A stretch of 64,000 nucleotides of DNA from Euprymna scolopes (lineage: Eukaryota): NCBI GenBank assembly GCA_053919585.1, contig CM132784.1. One strand, written 5' to 3'. Below are positions 63,560 to 64,000 of this stretch, piece after piece. The position numbers and the translations under genes are program-made. The notes under the pieces were generated by a model, which searched no databases, was not told the origin of the DNA, and was given only the letters and a program-made list of their open reading frames with translations. The stretch's first letter is position 1, and each line of letters opens with the position of its first letter.

Positions 63560-64000
63560 TTTATTTGGTCAACTTGGTGATATCCACCCACGATGGGTTG
63601 AGCCCACTCATCCCAAAGGACACACACTGTACCAGTTGAATGTAGACCATGCATGACAGTTTGCAGCAGCCAAATCTCAATATGGCTGCCCATCGCTAAC
63701 AGTGGACATTGTTAACCTGAGATAAGTTTAACATTGGCTTTGATGGTGCGTAACCACATCTTCAGCTGGCCTCCCAGGCATCTTCAATTTTGGAGTGGTT
63801 TTGGAGCTATTGCTTTGGTGATGAACTCTTTTTGACACGCAGCGTGGCCAAACCAACAAAGTCTCTTTTTTAAAAGAGATTAGTTAAGAGGAATGATCTT
63901 GCATGATGTTATGATTTGAGATTTATGTAGCAGATACAAAATGGTGTCAGCAGACATGCAGAATTTTTTTTGATTTAGTGGAACTATGGAGTGCAATTGG
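63560..64000 (-). mobile_element. Probable RTE-like LINE fragment
   Basis: Minus-strand GGQLKMWLRTIKAN-like remnant; GC content above background. Confidence 0.4.

Noticed and set aside
62082-64000. TRIM37 first exons (N-terminal RING half)
   Set aside because: No FRCFIC/CPHCSK-type coding segment was found by eye; these exons probably lie beyond the window edge.

Overview
AT-rich eukaryotic genomic DNA; the repeat families look octopod-cephalopod-like, but that is inference only. The window is almost entirely one minus-strand gene, a TRIM37 orthologue (RING/B-box/coiled-coil/MATH E3 ubiquitin ligase). I traced 21 GT-AG coding exons by hand from 62081 down to a TGA at 3577-3579. They are phase-consistent, total 2823 nt and encode about 940 aa; the first ~40 N-terminal residues were not found and probably lie beyond the right edge. 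The introns hold decayed and often nested transposable elements: CR1-like LINE fragments, a near full-length I/Nimb-type LINE, RTE-like fragments, Tc1/mariner relics, a hAT-type non-autonomous element, Helitron-like elements, MITEs, a solo LTR, tRNA-type SINEs and a 5S-rRNA-derived SINE. There are also four minisatellites. I found no prokaryotic system or CRISPR array, and no intact transposase or RT gene. The most notable observations are the 5S-derived SINE with its TSD, a satellite that expanded inside a repeat whose unexpanded sister copy is in the same window, inverted LINE copies bracketing a frame-symmetric exon, and a solo LTR offering an in-frame alternative last exon just after the MATH region.
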